Notes: generated by a model from the sequence alone, not told the origin. Positions 20,799 to 30,842 are shown, numbered from the stretch's first letter. The stretch is DNA of 32,000 bases from Candidatus Saccharimonadota bacterium (GCF_902713755.1 NZ_LR744089.1), one strand, 5' to 3'. Numbers and translations: made by a program.

Positions 20799-21776
20799 TT
20801 AATTTTTTTTTCCAGGTGGCCATAAATCAATATGCATTCCTAATGATAAACCTCTAATCTTTAAAACATTTTTAATTTCATTTAATGATTTTTTTCCAAG
20901 ATTAGGTGTTTTTAATAATTCCACTTCTGTTCTTTTAACTAAATCGCCAATATAATAAATATTTTCAGCCTTAAGACAATTTGCACTTCTAACTGTTAAT
21001 TCCAAATCATCAACTGGTAAAAGTAAAGCCTGATCTATTTTTTTATCTTTTATCCTTTCCACTTCTACCTCTTTTTTTTTTTCACATGATAAATCCACAA
21101 AAGCATCTAATTGATTTCTTAAAATAGTTGCCGATTTACGTATTGCTTCTTCTGGATCTAATGTTCCATTTGTTTCTAACTCTATTATTAACTTATCCAA
21201 ATCAGTATTTTGTTCTACTCTTGCTGATTCTATAAAATATGCTACTCTCCTAACCGGACTAAAATTTGCATCGATAGGTATCCGACCAATTTTCATATCT
21301 GATTTATTACGTATATTAGCTGGTTCATACCCCCTTCCTCTAACAATACGTAATTTCATATTAAGTTCTCCATGATCATTTAAATGTGCAATAATATGAT
21401 CTGGATTTATTATCTCTACATCATTCCTTACCGTTATATCTCCTGCTCTTACTACCCCTGGACCTAATTTATTTAATACTAACTCTACATCATCACGACC
21501 ATACATTTTTATTGCAATTTCTTTAATATTAAGAATAATTTCTATTACATCTTCTTTTATACCTTCTATTGCACTATATTCATGTAGTACACCCTTTATT
21601 TCTGCTTCTATAACTGCACATCCTGACATCGAAGATAACATAATACGCCGCAATGCATTTCCTAATGTATGACCAAATCCACGTTCAAATGGTTCCAAAA
21701 CTATTTTAGCATGATTTTTACTAATCTCTTCTACTTTTATATTACTAGGACGAATAAACTCTTTTACTGAACTCAT
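20799..21776 (-). CDS. rpoA: DNA-directed RNA polymerase alpha subunit
   Basis: 325 aa with NTD motif [20 protein letters not shown] and CTD motif [22 protein letters not shown]. Confidence 0.97.
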   Translation of the reverse strand: MSSVKEFIRPSNIKVEEISKNHAKIVLEPFERGFGHTLGNALRRIMLSSMSGCAVIEAEIKGVLHEYSAIEGIKEDVIEIILNIKEIAIKMYGRDDVELVLNKLGPGVVRAGDITVRNDVEIINPDHIIAHLNDHGELNMKLRIVRGRGYEPANIRNKSDMKIGRIPIDANFSPVRRVAYFIESARVEQNTDLDKLIIELETNGTLDPEEAIRKSATILRNQLDAFVDLSCEKKKEVEVERIKDKKIDQALLLPVDDLELTVRSANCLKAENIYYIGDLVKRTEVELLKTPNLGKKSLNEIKNVLKIRGLSLGMHIDLWPPGKKN

Positions 21777-21794
21777 AATATAATTACCTATTAT

Positions 21795-22418
21795 TTACTT
21801 AGAATATAATTCTACAATTAACTTTTCGTTAATATCAGTAGATAACCCAATCCTTGCCGGTAAATATTTTACAATTCCTTCCATCTTTTTTACATCTACA
21901 TAAACCCATTTTACCCTATTAACCCTATTAACCCTATTAGCTAGTGCATTTTTTATTCTTGTTTGATTCATAGATTTTTCCCTTACAGATATTATATCAC
22001 CTATATTAATTTTATAAGAAGCTATATTTACTATTTTCCCATTAACTTTAATAGCTTTATGATTTACTAATTGTCTTGCCTCTGCTCGGGTAACACTAAA
22101 TCCCATTCTGAAAACTATATTATCTAATCTAGTTTCTAAACTTTGCAACAAGTATTCTCCTTTTGCACCTTTTTTTTTAGCTGCTTTTTTATAGTAATTT
22201 TTAAATTGTTTTTCTAATATTCCATAAATTATACGAACTTTTTGTTTCTCACGTAACTGCTTCCCATATTCTGTTATTCTAGTACGATGTTTTTTATTTT
22301 GTCCCGGAATCTTATCTATTTTACATTTTTTTGCAATAGATACCATCCCACTTTTTAAAAATAGATCTGTTCCTTCTCTACGAGATAACTTACATTTTGG
22401 TCCCAAATAACGTGCCAT
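21795..22418 (-). CDS. rpsD: 30S ribosomal protein S4
   Basis: 207 aa starting [24 protein letters not shown] and ending ...[13 protein letters not shown]. Confidence 0.96.
   Translation of the reverse strand: MARYLGPKCKLSRREGTDLFLKSGMVSIAKKCKIDKIPGQNKKHRTRITEYGKQLREKQKVRIIYGILEKQFKNYYKKAAKKKGAKGEYLLQSLETRLDNIVFRMGFSVTRAEARQLVNHKAIKVNGKIVNIASYKINIGDIISVREKSMNQTRIKNALANRVNRVNRVKWVYVDVKKMEGIVKYLPARIGLSTDINEKLIVELYSK
21913..21939. repeat. In-frame tandem repeat in rpsD, 9-bp ACCCTATTA x3, encoding (NRV)x3
   Basis: Read directly, three perfect copies. The protein reads [15 protein letters not shown]. Confidence 0.95.
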
Positions 22419-22429
22419 ATTTATTTCCT

Positions 22430-22810
22430 TTATACTCTTCTTCTTTTAGGTGGCCGACATCCATTGTGAGGTATTGGTGTTGCATCTGTAATACTTTTTA
22501 CATTAAATCCATGAGCATTCAATGCTCTAACTGCTGAATCTCTACCTGGTCCTGGTCCTTTAACTATTACATCTATATTTTTTATTCCATATTCTGATGC
22601 TGATTTTGCTGCACGTTCACTGGCTATTTGAGCAGCAAATGGAGTACTTTTTCTCGATCCTCTAAATCCTGCCCCCCCTGATGTAGCCCAAGCTAAAGTA
22701 TTTCCATTTCTATCTGTTATTGTAACTATAGTATTATTAAAAGAAGCATTTATATGAGCTACTGCATCTATAATTTCTTTTTTTATTTTTTTTCTCTTAA
22801 CTATTGCCAT
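22430..22810 (-). CDS. rpsK: 30S ribosomal protein S11
   Basis: 126 aa, [44 protein letters not shown]...[15 protein letters not shown]. Confidence 0.97.
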   Translation of the reverse strand: MAIVKRKKIKKEIIDAVAHINASFNNTIVTITDRNGNTLAWATSGGAGFRGSRKSTPFAAQIASERAAKSASEYGIKNIDVIVKGPGPGRDSAVRALNAHGFNVKSITDATPIPHNGCRPPKRRRV

Positions 22811-23165
22811 ATAATCTTTCTTCCTTTGTTAATATCTTACAAGTTCGTGCATTTGTTTTAGTACGTTGTCCTCGTACTGGAAGATTTCTTTTATGTCTTA
22901 AACCTCTATAACACCCTAAATCTATTAACCTTTTTATATTAATTGCAACCTCACGCCGTAAATCTCCTTCTACTACAAAACTACTAATTTGTTTACGTAT
23001 TTTATCTAATTGTATAGAATTTAAATCTCTTACTTTTATATTTTTTTCTATACCTATTTTTTTACAAATACTATTAGCTCTATACTTTCCTATTCCATAT
23101 ATATATGTTAATGCTATCGATACTTGTTTATTATCTGGTATATTAATTCCTGCAATACGTGCCAT
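22797..23165 (-). CDS. rpsM: 30S ribosomal protein S13
   Basis: [15 protein letters not shown]...[25 protein letters not shown]. The start is placed at ATG 23165 (MARIAG), preceded by AGGAGAG, rather than at the ORF-track start 23174. Confidence 0.95.
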   Translation of the reverse strand: MARIAGINIPDNKQVSIALTYIYGIGKYRANSICKKIGIEKNIKVRDLNSIQLDKIRKQISSFVVEGDLRREVAINIKRLIDLGCYRGLRHKRNLPVRGQRTKTNARTCKILTKEERLYGNS

Positions 23166-23178
23166 AACTATCACTCTC

Positions 23179-23292
23179 CTATCCCTGACGTTGCTTATGC
23201 CGCAAATCTTTGCACATTACTCTTATTATTCCTTTTCTACGTATCATTTTACAATTTATACATATTTTTTTTACAGATGTTCTCACTTTCAT
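23179..23292 (-). CDS. rpmJ: 50S ribosomal protein L36 (not in ORF track)
   Basis: Hand translation gives [37 protein letters not shown], 37 aa. It carries the L36 Zn-ribbon pattern C..C...........C....H. It lies between secY and rpsM, as conserved, with an AGGAA SD upstream. Confidence 0.92.
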   Translation of the reverse strand: MKVRTSVKKICINCKMIRRKGIIRVMCKDLRHKQRQG

Positions 23293-23309
23293 TATATATT
23301 TCCTATATT

Positions 23310-24680
23310 TTATATTTTATATTTTTTCATTGCCATTTCATACTTATTTGACATTAAATAAGACTGGATTTGAGATATAAAATCCATTAACACTACTACC
23401 ATTATTAATATCGATGTACCTCCAAATGGTATATTACAATATACCATAATAAATTGTGGTATTAAAGAAAAAAATGTAATATATATAGCTCCAAATAAAG
23501 TTAATCTTTTTGTTACTTTATCTATATATATAGCTGTTTTTTCACCTGGCCTTATACCTGGAATAAATGCTCCCGATTTTTTTAATTTAATAGACACCTC
23601 TTTTGAATTAAAAACTATCGATGTATAAAAAAAAGAAAAAAATATTACAGCTAATACAAAAAGTATAATATATAAAGGCTGACCTGGACTTACTGCTTGT
23701 ATTATTGATTTATTTATACACTGCCCTAAGAGCCATAGCCCTAATAATAAAATACTTGAAGCAAATATAGCTGGAAGTACTCCTGCCGTATTTACTTTTA
23801 TTGGTAAATAACTACTTTGACTAGCATACATTTTATTTCCTATCAGTCTGCGTGGATAATTTACCTTAATTCTTCTTTGCCCACTCTCTATAAATACTAC
23901 TATAGCAATAGTTATTATTACTAATATTAATAATTCTAATATTGTGATTATCCTTATATTCCATGACTCATCTTTTTTTGTCAAATATAATGTTTTTCCT
24001 AAAGCCTTTGGTATACCTGCTCCTAACCCTGCCAAAATTATTAATGAAATCCCATTACCTATTCCTTTTTCCGTCATTTGTTCACCTAACCACATTAAAA
24101 ATATAGCACCTGTAACTAATGTTAATATAATTGTTAAATAACAAATCCCCCCTTTATAATATACTATATTACTTCCTACTAATCCTATTGCTATACCTAT
24201 TGATTGTATAACCGATAATATAACTGTACTATATCTTATATATTTTGTTATCTTATTTTCTGAATTTAAAGAATTTAAAGAATTTAAAGAATTTAAAGAA
24301 TTTAAAGAATTTAAAGAATCTAAAGAATTTAAAGAATTAAAAGAATTAAAAGAATTAAAAGAATTAAAAGAATTAAAAGAATTAAAAGAATTAGCATCTT
24401 TTTTTATAAACATTCCTGTCAATAATTGTATTATTATTGATGCTGAAATATAAGGCATTAACCCAAGCGAAAAAATACTCATTCTCTCCAATGCTCCACC
24501 AGAAAACATATTAAATAAACTAATTATATTTATATTAGCACTATTTTCTTTAAATAATATAGATACTTGATATGTATTAATTCCCGGAACAGGTATATGT
24601 GCCCCTATTCTATAAATTATAATTGAAACTAAAATAAACCGAATTTTTTTCATAAGTTCTTTATAGATATTACTAATCAT
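23310..24680 (-). CDS. secY: Protein translocase subunit SecY with a repeat insertion in the TM2-TM3 loop
   Basis: 456 aa, colinear with SecY: [76 protein letters not shown] and [17 protein letters not shown]. Confidence 0.95.
   Translation of the reverse strand: MISNIYKELMKKIRFILVSIIIYRIGAHIPVPGINTYQVSILFKENSANINIISLFNMFSGGALERMSIFSLGLMPYISASIIIQLLTGMFIKKDANSFNSFNSFNSFNSFNSFNSLNSLDSLNSLNSLNSLNSLNSLNSENKITKYIRYSTVILSVIQSIGIAIGLVGSNIVYYKGGICYLTIILTLVTGAIFLMWLGEQMTEKGIGNGISLIILAGLGAGIPKALGKTLYLTKKDESWNIRIITILELLILVIITIAIVVFIESGQRRIKVNYPRRLIGNKMYASQSSYLPIKVNTAGVLPAIFASSILLLGLWLLGQCINKSIIQAVSPGQPLYIILFVLAVIFFSFFYTSIVFNSKEVSIKLKKSGAFIPGIRPGEKTAIYIDKVTKRLTLFGAIYITFFSLIPQFIMVYCNIPFGGTSILIMVVVLMDFISQIQSYLMSNKYEMAMKKYKI
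24262..24393. repeat. In-frame 9-bp minisatellite in secY, 14 full units plus a partial: GAATTTAAA x6, GAATCTAAA x1, GAATTTAAA x1, GAATTAAAA x6
   Basis: Read directly. On the coding strand it encodes (NSF)x6 (NSL)x2 DSL (NSL)x5 NSE. Confidence 0.97.
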
Positions 24681-25105
24681 TTACTCTCTATATTCCCCCC
24701 ATATTTTTCAATTTCATTACGGACTCCCTTAGTTACATTTATTCCTCTAATAATCACTGGTTTTTTTACTTCGCCTGAAATAATTATTTTAACAACTTTA
24801 GTAGATTTTTTTATTAAATTAGCTGTTTTTAACGTCCTTATATCAATAATATTACTTTTTATTTTTGACAACTCACAAATACGCACTTCTTCTGCAAATA
24901 CTGATTTTTTTGAAACAAACCCCAATTTAGGTATTATACGCTTTAATGGTAATTGACCTCCCTCAAACCCTCTTTTTATTTTTTTCCCTGACCTTGCTTT
25001 TTGACCTTTATGCCCTTTTCCACACGTTTTTCCTTTTCCTGATCCTATCCCCCTACCTAATCTTTTTTTTTCTTTTTTATAACCTATAAAATTATTTAAT
25101 TTCAA
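24677..25105 (-). CDS. rplO: 50S ribosomal protein L15
   Basis: 142 aa, (TTG)MKLNN...KRLGRGIGSGKGKTCGKGHKGQKARSG. The TTG start aligns with the L15 N-terminus MRLN. The 3' end overlaps the secY ATG (ATGA). Confidence 0.93.
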   Translation of the reverse strand: MKLNNFIGYKKEKKRLGRGIGSGKGKTCGKGHKGQKARSGKKIKRGFEGGQLPLKRIIPKLGFVSKKSVFAEEVRICELSKIKSNIIDIRTLKTANLIKKSTKVVKIIISGEVKKPVIIRGINVTKGVRNEIEKYGGNIESK

Positions 25106-25107
25106 TT

Positions 25108-25281
25108 TTAATTTTCTCCTTTTACTTGCACAAATTTTTTTAATTTGTGCAACATACCTCTGTTTTCTATATTATCTTTTATTTCTACTGTTTTATTAAT
25201 TCCTTTTAAACCTAATCCTTTAAAAGTTGATAGTTTTTTTTTTCCAATACTACTACGAATCTGAGTTACTTTTAATTTCAT
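25108..25281 (-). CDS. rpmD: 50S ribosomal protein L30 (not in ORF track)
   Basis: Hand translation gives [57 protein letters not shown], 57 aa. It matches the L30 pattern (I.Q.RS.IG.......L.GLGL..I...V......RGM......V.V). The ATG overlaps the rpsE stop (TAATG). Confidence 0.9.
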   Translation of the reverse strand: MKLKVTQIRSSIGKKKLSTFKGLGLKGINKTVEIKDNIENRGMLHKLKKFVQVKGEN

Positions 25282-25802
25282 TATATATTATATATTATCC
25301 TATTTTTTATTATATTAATATCTAATCCTCTCTTTTTTGCTATATATTCTGGATAATACATTTTTTCTAATCCTTTCAACGTCGCTTTTACTACATTTAT
25401 TGGATTAGTTGATCCATAACATTTAGCTAATACATCATATATTCCTGCTATTTCTAATACTGCTCTCATTGCCCCCCCTGCAATAATTCCTGTTCCTTTA
25501 TGAGCTGGCTGCATAAATATTTTAGAAGCACCATATGTATAATAAATTTTATGTTGTAAAGTATACCCATTTAATTTAATAACAATTAAATTTCTTTTAG
25601 CTTTTTCAATCGCTTTTTGAATAGCAACTGAAACCTCCCTCGCTTTTCCTTTTCCAAATCCAATTGTACCTTTTCCATTACCTATTACTATTGTAGCTGA
25701 AAATCCAAATATTCTTCCTCCTTTTACTACTTTAGAAACACGATTTATCTTTACTAATTTTTCTTTAAACTCACTTTCTTTTTTTTCTGTCTTCATCACC
25801 AT
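25281..25802 (-). CDS. rpsE: 30S ribosomal protein S5
   Basis: 173 aa, [44 protein letters not shown]. Confidence 0.96.
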   Translation of the reverse strand: MVMKTEKKESEFKEKLVKINRVSKVVKGGRIFGFSATIVIGNGKGTIGFGKGKAREVSVAIQKAIEKAKRNLIVIKLNGYTLQHKIYYTYGASKIFMQPAHKGTGIIAGGAMRAVLEIAGIYDVLAKCYGSTNPINVVKATLKGLEKMYYPEYIAKKRGLDINIIKNRIIYNI

Positions 25803-25810
25803 TAACCTAT

Positions 25811-26161
25811 TTAAAATAATAACCCACCTTTACGAGCTGCTTTAGCTAATTCTTTTACACGCCCATGATATTTAAATCCAGAACGATCAAATGCTAATTT
25901 TTTATTAACACCTATTTTTTTTGCACGGTTAGCTAAAATTAATCCTACTTTTTTTGCTGCTTCCATTGGTTTAATATCTTCTATTTCTTTTTTTATATCT
26001 TTATCTAAAGTAGAAGCACTTAACAATACCTTTTTACCATCTGATGATATTATTTGCGCATATATATTTTTTGATGTTCTATTAACACATATACGTTTAA
26101 TCATTTTTTTACGTATTTTTAATCTTACTCTTTTTTTACGAATTTCTTTTTTTACTTTCAT
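25811..26161 (-). CDS. rplR: 50S ribosomal protein L18
   Basis: 116 aa, ...[12 protein letters not shown]....[26 protein letters not shown]. Confidence 0.95.
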   Translation of the reverse strand: MKVKKEIRKKRVRLKIRKKMIKRICVNRTSKNIYAQIISSDGKKVLLSASTLDKDIKKEIEDIKPMEAAKKVGLILANRAKKIGVNKKLAFDRSGFKYHGRVKELAKAARKGGLLF

Positions 26162-26171
26162 ACTTTAACTC

Positions 26172-26699
26172 TTATTTTTTTTTAACTTCTTTATATATAA
26201 TATTTTCTTCACTATAACGTATTCCTCTACCTTTATAAGGCTCTATAGGACGCAAAGCACGAATTTCTGCAGCAACTTTTCCTAGTTTTTGTTTATCTGC
26301 ACTTTTTAAAACTATAATAGTATTACTAGGAGTTTCTGCTAATATATTTTTAGGTAATTTATATTCAATTCTATGTGAATACCCTAGCATTAAATTAATC
26401 CTTCTACCATTTATTTTAGCTCTATATCCTACTCCATTAATTTCTAATTTTCTAGTGAATCCTTTATATACCCCAATTATCATATTATTAACTAATGCCC
26501 TCATTGTTCCAGCTATTACCCAATTTTTTTTTAATTTTGAATGAAATCTTAACTTGTTTTTTTCTTTTATTATTTCTATTTTAGAATGTTTTTTTAAAAA
26601 TAATCTTCCATTTTTACCACTTATAATTACAATTTCTTTATCCAAAATTATATTAACGTTCTCAGGTACTTGTATTGGACATTTAGCTATTTTTGACAC
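26172..26699 (-). CDS. rplF: 50S ribosomal protein L6
   Basis: 175 aa, (GTG)MSKIAKCPIQVP...GVGYRAKI...PEPYKGRGIRY-like C-terminus (IEPYKGRGIRYSEE). The GTG start aligns with the L6 N-terminus. Confidence 0.95.
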   Translation of the reverse strand: MSKIAKCPIQVPENVNIILDKEIVIISGKNGRLFLKKHSKIEIIKEKNKLRFHSKLKKNWVIAGTMRALVNNMIIGVYKGFTRKLEINGVGYRAKINGRRINLMLGYSHRIEYKLPKNILAETPSNTIIVLKSADKQKLGKVAAEIRALRPIEPYKGRGIRYSEENIIYKEVKKK

Positions 26700-26717
26700 T
26701 TTTTTCTCCTTTAAAGT

Positions 26718-27107
26718 CTAACTTACTGTACAAATAACCTCACCACCTATCCCCTTTTTTCTTGCTTCATAAGATGTCATTACTCCTTTAGAAGTTGATA
26801 TTATAGCTATACCTAAACCATTTGATACTTTTTTTAACTTATCTTTCCCTTGATAAATACGTAAAGAAGGCTTAGAAATACGTTTTATTTTCTCTATTAC
26901 AGGTTTTCCTTTAAAATATTTTAATTTAATTTTTATATTTTTTGATTTGTCATCATTTTCATAATATAAAATATAACCTTCTTCTTTTAAAATTCTTGCT
27001 ATTTCTAATTTTATTTTTGAACTTGGTATCAACACTGTTTCCATATATGCTAGTTGTGCATTACGAATTCTTGTTAACATATCTGATATAGTATCTTGCA
27101 TATTCAT
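26718..27107 (-). CDS. rpsH: 30S ribosomal protein S8
   Basis: 129 aa, [18 protein letters not shown]...[33 protein letters not shown]. Confidence 0.96.
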   Translation of the reverse strand: MNMQDTISDMLTRIRNAQLAYMETVLIPSSKIKLEIARILKEEGYILYYENDDKSKNIKIKLKYFKGKPVIEKIKRISKPSLRIYQGKDKLKKVSNGLGIAIISTSKGVMTSYEARKKGIGGEVICTVS

Positions 27108-27129
27108 TTTTTACTTTCCTATTTTTTTA

Positions 27130-27435
27130 TTACCAACTTGCTTTTGTTAACCCAGGTATATAACCCATCATAGCAGCTTCCCTTAATTTATTACGACTCA
27201 TTCCAAACTTTTTATAATATCCTCTTGGTCTTCCTGTAATAAGACATCTATTTCTTTGTCTTATTGGATTTGAATCTCTAGGTAAACATTGTAAGCTTAA
27301 TTGGGCTTTAAATTTTTCTTCATCTGATGTTTTTATATTAATAATTATTTTTTTTAATTTCTTTCTACGTATATAATATTTTTTTACTATACGTCTTCTT
27401 TTTAATTCTCTCTCTATAATACTCTTCTTAGCCAT
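27130..27435 (-). CDS. rpsN: 30S ribosomal protein S14
   Basis: 101 aa, [14 protein letters not shown]...[51 protein letters not shown]. Confidence 0.96.
   Translation of the reverse strand: MAKKSIIERELKRRRIVKKYYIRRKKLKKIIINIKTSDEEKFKAQLSLQCLPRDSNPIRQRNRCLITGRPRGYYKKFGMSRNKLREAAMMGYIPGLTKASW
27401..27427. repeat. 27-bp exact direct repeat, copy in the rpsN 5' coding end (TTTAATTCTCTCTCTATAATACTCTTC)
   Basis: Identical to 27929-27955, 528 bp away. It encodes KSIIERELK in rpsN, which is native S14 sequence (compare E. coli KQSMKAREVKR). Confidence 0.97.
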
Positions 27436-27450
27436 TTGAAGACCTCTTTA

Positions 27451-27957
27451 TTATTTTTTAAATTTCAAACCTAAAGCACTAAGAAGCTCTAAACCTTCTT
27501 TATCACTTTTAGCTGTAGTTGTTATTGTAATGTTTAATCCACGTATACCATTTATTTTTTCATAATCAATTTCTGTAAAAATTATTTGTTCTCTTAATCC
27601 TATTGTATAATTTCCATTCCCATCAAACGATTTTTTATTTAAACCACGAAAATCTCTTATTCTTGGAATAGCTATATTAATTAATCTATCTAAAAATTCC
27701 CACATACGGTTTCTTCTTAAAGTTACTTTTATTCCAATAGGAAACCCTACACGTAATTTAAAACTAGCAATAGATTTACGTGCTTTTGTTATAATTGGTT
27801 TCTGTCCTGTAATTAGTTTTAAATCTTTTTCTGCTTTTTCAATTATTTTTTTATCATTTACTGCTTTCCCCAACCCCATATTTAAAGTAACTTTACTTAT
27901 ATTTGGTATTTGCATTATATTAATATACTTTAATTCTCTCTCTATAATACTCTTCAT
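27451..27957 (-). CDS. rplE: 50S ribosomal protein L5, with N-terminal residues 2-10 encoded by a copy of the rpsN 5' end
   Basis: 168 aa. From [20 protein letters not shown] onward it is colinear with L5 (...[22 protein letters not shown]...[13 protein letters not shown]). It is about 11 aa shorter at the N-terminus than E. coli L5. The ATG overlaps the rplX stop (ATGA). An alternative start at the internal Met (MQIPN) cannot be excluded. Confidence 0.9.
   Translation of the reverse strand: MKSIIERELKYINIMQIPNISKVTLNMGLGKAVNDKKIIEKAEKDLKLITGQKPIITKARKSIASFKLRVGFPIGIKVTLRRNRMWEFLDRLINIAIPRIRDFRGLNKKSFDGNGNYTIGLREQIIFTEIDYEKINGIRGLNITITTTAKSDKEGLELLSALGLKFKK
27929..27955. repeat. 27-bp exact direct repeat, copy at the rplE 5' coding end
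   Basis: Identical to 27401-27427. Confidence 0.97.
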
Positions 27958-28256
27958 TTTATTGGCTTTTTATTTTTTTTATAAATACGTATTTTACAAC
28001 CATTTTTTTCTTTTATAATTACTTTATCCGCTTTACCTTTTTCTGAATTAAATATAGCTATATTTGAATAATTTATTGATGCTTCTTTTTTTATTATACC
28101 TCCTATTTTTTTTCCTTTATTTTTTTTATGATACTTTCTTATATTTATTCCTACAACCCAAACTTTATTTTTTATAATCCGTTTTACTTTTCCAATTTTA
28201 CCTTTTTCTTTCCCAGTTATTACTATTACTTCATCATTACGTTTTATTTTATACAT
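27954..28256 (-). CDS. rplX: 50S ribosomal protein L24
   Basis: 100 aa, [27 protein letters not shown]... with a KOW motif. Confidence 0.93.
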   Translation of the reverse strand: MYKIKRNDEVIVITGKEKGKIGKVKRIIKNKVWVVGINIRKYHKKNKGKKIGGIIKKEASINYSNIAIFNSEKGKADKVIIKEKNGCKIRIYKKNKKPIK

Positions 28257-28262
28257 ACCTTT

Positions 28263-28634
28263 TTATAATACCTCAGTTGCCAATGACACAATCTTCATAA
28301 ATTTTTCTGTACGTAATTCTCTTGTTACAGGGCCAAATATTCTAGTGCCTACAGGCTGTTCTGTAGTATTATTTAATAATACTACTGCATTACTATCAAA
28401 TCTAATTATTGAACCATCCCTACGTCTTATACCTTTTTTTGTACGTACTACCACTGCTTTCATTACTTGCCCTTTCTTTACTTTTCCTTTAGGTATTGCT
28501 TCTTTAACTGTTATTTTTATCAAATCACCTATTTTAGCATACCTACGACGCGACCCTCCTAATACTTTAATACATTGTACTTTTTTTGCTCCACTATTAT
28601 CTGCTATTTCTAACTTAGTTTGTGTTTGTATCAT
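28263..28634 (-). CDS. rplN: 50S ribosomal protein L14
   Basis: 123 aa, [39 protein letters not shown]... Confidence 0.97.
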   Translation of the reverse strand: MIQTQTKLEIADNSGAKKVQCIKVLGGSRRRYAKIGDLIKITVKEAIPKGKVKKGQVMKAVVVRTKKGIRRRDGSIIRFDSNAVVLLNNTTEQPVGTRIFGPVTRELRTEKFMKIVSLATEVL

Positions 28635-28637
28635 TTT

Positions 28638-28895
28638 TCACTTTTTATTTTTCAAAATTTTAATTAAAATCCAAGCTTTTTTTTTAGACAATTTTAAACT
28701 TTCTGCACATTCAACTAAATCTCCTATTTCTGCTTTATTTTTTGCATCGTGCACACTTATTTTCTTTGATCTTTTTACATACTTACCATATATTTTATGT
28801 TTTATAATCCTTTCTATTAAAACTACAATTGTTTTATTCATTTTATTACTAACTACTTTTCCTTTTATTTTTCTTACTTTTATATTACTTTTCAT
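28638..28895 (-). CDS. rpsQ: 30S ribosomal protein S17
   Basis: 85 aa, ...KGKVVSNKMNKTIVVLIERIIKHKIYGKYVKRSKKISVHD.... Confidence 0.94.
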   Translation of the reverse strand: MKSNIKVRKIKGKVVSNKMNKTIVVLIERIIKHKIYGKYVKRSKKISVHDAKNKAEIGDLVECAESLKLSKKKAWILIKILKNKK

Positions 28896-28902
28896 ACTAC
28901 TC

Positions 28903-29097
28903 CTACTCTTTACCTAATTTTTCATTAATTTTAGTTTTTAACCTCGCAATATTTCTACGTATCTTTTTAAATAAATGAATTTTATTTACTTGTCCTATTC
29001 TTTTTTGCATTCTTAACTTAAATTGTTCATTTAATAATGACAATACTTTTTTTTTTAATTCTTCAATAGATTTTTCTTCATTTTTTTTACTTAACAT
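28903..29097 (-). CDS. rpmC: 50S ribosomal protein L29
   Basis: 64 aa, ...EKSIEELKKKVLSLLNEQFKLRMQ...IRRNIARLKT.... Confidence 0.92.
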   Translation of the reverse strand: MLSKKNEEKSIEELKKKVLSLLNEQFKLRMQKRIGQVNKIHLFKKIRRNIARLKTKINEKLGKE

Positions 29098-29100
29098 AAC

Positions 29101-29514
29101 TTACATAATTACCTTTTTAACAAAATTAGTAATAAATGGCATTTTTTGAGATGCTAATTCTAAAGCTTCCTTTGCTACTTCTTCATTTACTCCTTCAATT
29201 TCATAAATTATTCTTCCTGGTTTTATTTGTGCTACCCAATATTCCACTGATCCTTTGCCTTTTCCCATACGTACTTCAAGTGGTTTCTTTGTAATTGGTT
29301 TATCTGGAAATACACGTATCCAAAGCTTACCACCGCGTTTTACATGCCTAGTAATAGCTCTTCGACCTGATTCTATTTGTCTAGATGTAATCCTACTATT
29401 AACTAATGCTTTCATTCCGTATTCACCAAATTTTACATCATTTCCACGATTAGCTATACCTCTATTGCGTCCTTTTTGTTGTTTGCGATATTTCGTCTTT
29501 TTAGGCTGTAACAT
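29101..29514 (-). CDS. rplP: 50S ribosomal protein L16
   Basis: 137 aa, [19 protein letters not shown]...[49 protein letters not shown]. Confidence 0.97.
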   Translation of the reverse strand: MLQPKKTKYRKQQKGRNRGIANRGNDVKFGEYGMKALVNSRITSRQIESGRRAITRHVKRGGKLWIRVFPDKPITKKPLEVRMGKGKGSVEYWVAQIKPGRIIYEIEGVNEEVAKEALELASQKMPFITNFVKKVIM

Positions 29515-29515
29515 T

Positions 29516-30196
29516 TTACTCCTTATTTTTTTTATAATATAATGTCTTTACTTCCTCCATACCTCCTAATATTTCTCCTTTAAATACCCATACCTTTATC
29601 CCTATTACCCCATAATTAGTAAATGCTTCCTCTTTATAATAATCTATATTTGCTCGTAAAGTATGTAAAGGTACTCTACCCTCTTTATACCATTCTTTTC
29701 TAGCAATTTCTGCCCCTCCTAATCTACCTGATAATTTTATTTTAACGCCTTTAGCACCTAATCTCGTTGCATTTTGTACTGCTCTTTTCATAGCACGACG
29801 AAACATTACACGGTTTTCCAATTGTACTGCAATATTTTGAGCTATTATTTTAGCGTCTATTTCTGGTTTTTTTATTTCTTCAATTTCAATATGAACTTTT
29901 ACCCCCATAATTTTATTTACTTCATCTCTTAATTTGTCTACCTCTTCTCCTTTTTTACCAATCACAATCCCTGGTCTAGCTGTATAAATAATAACACTTG
30001 CATTATTAGCCGTACGTTCTATACATATCCTACTAATATTAGTAGTAGCATTTTTTAAACGTTTTTCTATAACTTTTCTAACTTTAATATCTTTCTTTAA
30101 TAATAAAGCATAATTTTTCCGTTCTGCATACCATATTGATAAATGATTTTTTATAATCCCTAATCTCATACCTATTGGATTTACTTTTTTTCCCAT
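29516..30196 (-). CDS. rpsC: 30S ribosomal protein S3
   Basis: 226 aa, [14 protein letters not shown]...[14 protein letters not shown]...[34 protein letters not shown]. Confidence 0.97.
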   Translation of the reverse strand: MGKKVNPIGMRLGIIKNHLSIWYAERKNYALLLKKDIKVRKVIEKRLKNATTNISRICIERTANNASVIIYTARPGIVIGKKGEEVDKLRDEVNKIMGVKVHIEIEEIKKPEIDAKIIAQNIAVQLENRVMFRRAMKRAVQNATRLGAKGVKIKLSGRLGGAEIARKEWYKEGRVPLHTLRANIDYYKEEAFTNYGVIGIKVWVFKGEILGGMEEVKTLYYKKNKE

Positions 30197-30200
30197 TTTT

Positions 30201-30542
30201 TTACCTATTTTTTTCTTTTACTCTTATATTTATATGACAAGTACGTTTTATAATACTATCATTACGACCTTTAGCTCTTGGTAAATTTCTTTTTAAACTT
30301 TTCCCTTCATTTATCCAAATACCAGATATTATTAATTTTTCAATCTTCATACCATTATTTTTTTTTGCATTATACATTACTGATTTTAATGTTTTCTTTA
30401 TTATATCTGATGCTTTTTTTGATGAAAAATTTAAAATTTCTAATGCTCTATATACTGATTTTCCTCTAATTTGATTAGCTACTAATCTAGCTTTTTGGGC
30501 TGATAATCGAACACCACAAAATTTTGCACTTACTTCTTCCAT
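30201..30542 (-). CDS. rplV: 50S ribosomal protein L22
   Basis: 113 aa, ...[33 protein letters not shown].... Confidence 0.94.
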   Translation of the reverse strand: MEEVSAKFCGVRLSAQKARLVANQIRGKSVYRALEILNFSSKKASDIIKKTLKSVMYNAKKNNGMKIEKLIISGIWINEGKSLKRNLPRAKGRNDSIIKRTCHINIRVKEKNR

Positions 30543-30841
30543 TCTTTTTTACCACTTAATTTTTTATCAGCTATTTGGCGCCCTTTTTTATGATGACCTT
30601 TATAAGTCCGCGTAATAGCAAATTCACCTAATTTTCTACCTACCATTTCTTCTGTAATATAAACAGGTATATGTTTTCTACCATTATGGATCGCTATTGT
30701 TAATCCTAACATATCAGGTAATATCATAGACCTTCTAGACCAAGTTTTTATTGGTTTTTTTTCATTTTTTTTTAAAGCTTTTTCTATTTTTTCAAAAAGA
30801 TGTTTATCTATAAAAGGACCTTTTTTTATAGAACGTGGCAT
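30530..30841 (-). CDS. rpsS: 30S ribosomal protein S19
   Basis: 103 aa, [15 protein letters not shown]...[53 protein letters not shown]. Confidence 0.96.
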   Translation of the reverse strand: MPRSIKKGPFIDKHLFEKIEKALKKNEKKPIKTWSRRSMILPDMLGLTIAIHNGRKHIPVYITEEMVGRKLGEFAITRTYKGHHKKGRQIADKKLSGKKEWKK

Positions 30842-30842
30842 A

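Noticed and set aside
23304-23324. 7-bp TATATTT x3 spanning the secY stop and the secY-rpmJ spacer. Also a 10-bp x2 imperfect repeat (ATCTTATCTA/TTCTTATCTA) at 9631-9650 upstream of rplS.
   Set aside because: They are too short and too AT-rich to distinguish from chance low complexity. At most they are nascent arrays.
24677-26699. Non-ATG starts of rplO (TTG at 25105) and rplF (GTG at 26699) as possible signs of pseudogenisation
   Set aside because: Both align exactly with the N-termini of their homologues (MRLN.. and MSRVAK..), and the ORFs are full length. These are ordinary alternative start codons.
28345-28917. 190-aa plus-strand ORF antisense to rplN/rpsQ. Similar antisense ORFs lie at 8812-9177, 8401-8592, 9395-9601, 10045-10239, 3399-3674, 2226-2438, 6012-6421, 19633-19815, 23124-23351, 23944-24141, 29255-29542 and 30278-30469.
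   Set aside because: These are shadow ORFs opposite highly conserved genes. Lys/Asn-rich (AAA/AAT) codons read as Phe/Ile-rich stop-free antisense frames. The products are low-complexity and hydrophobic, with no recognisable motif and no independent start signals.
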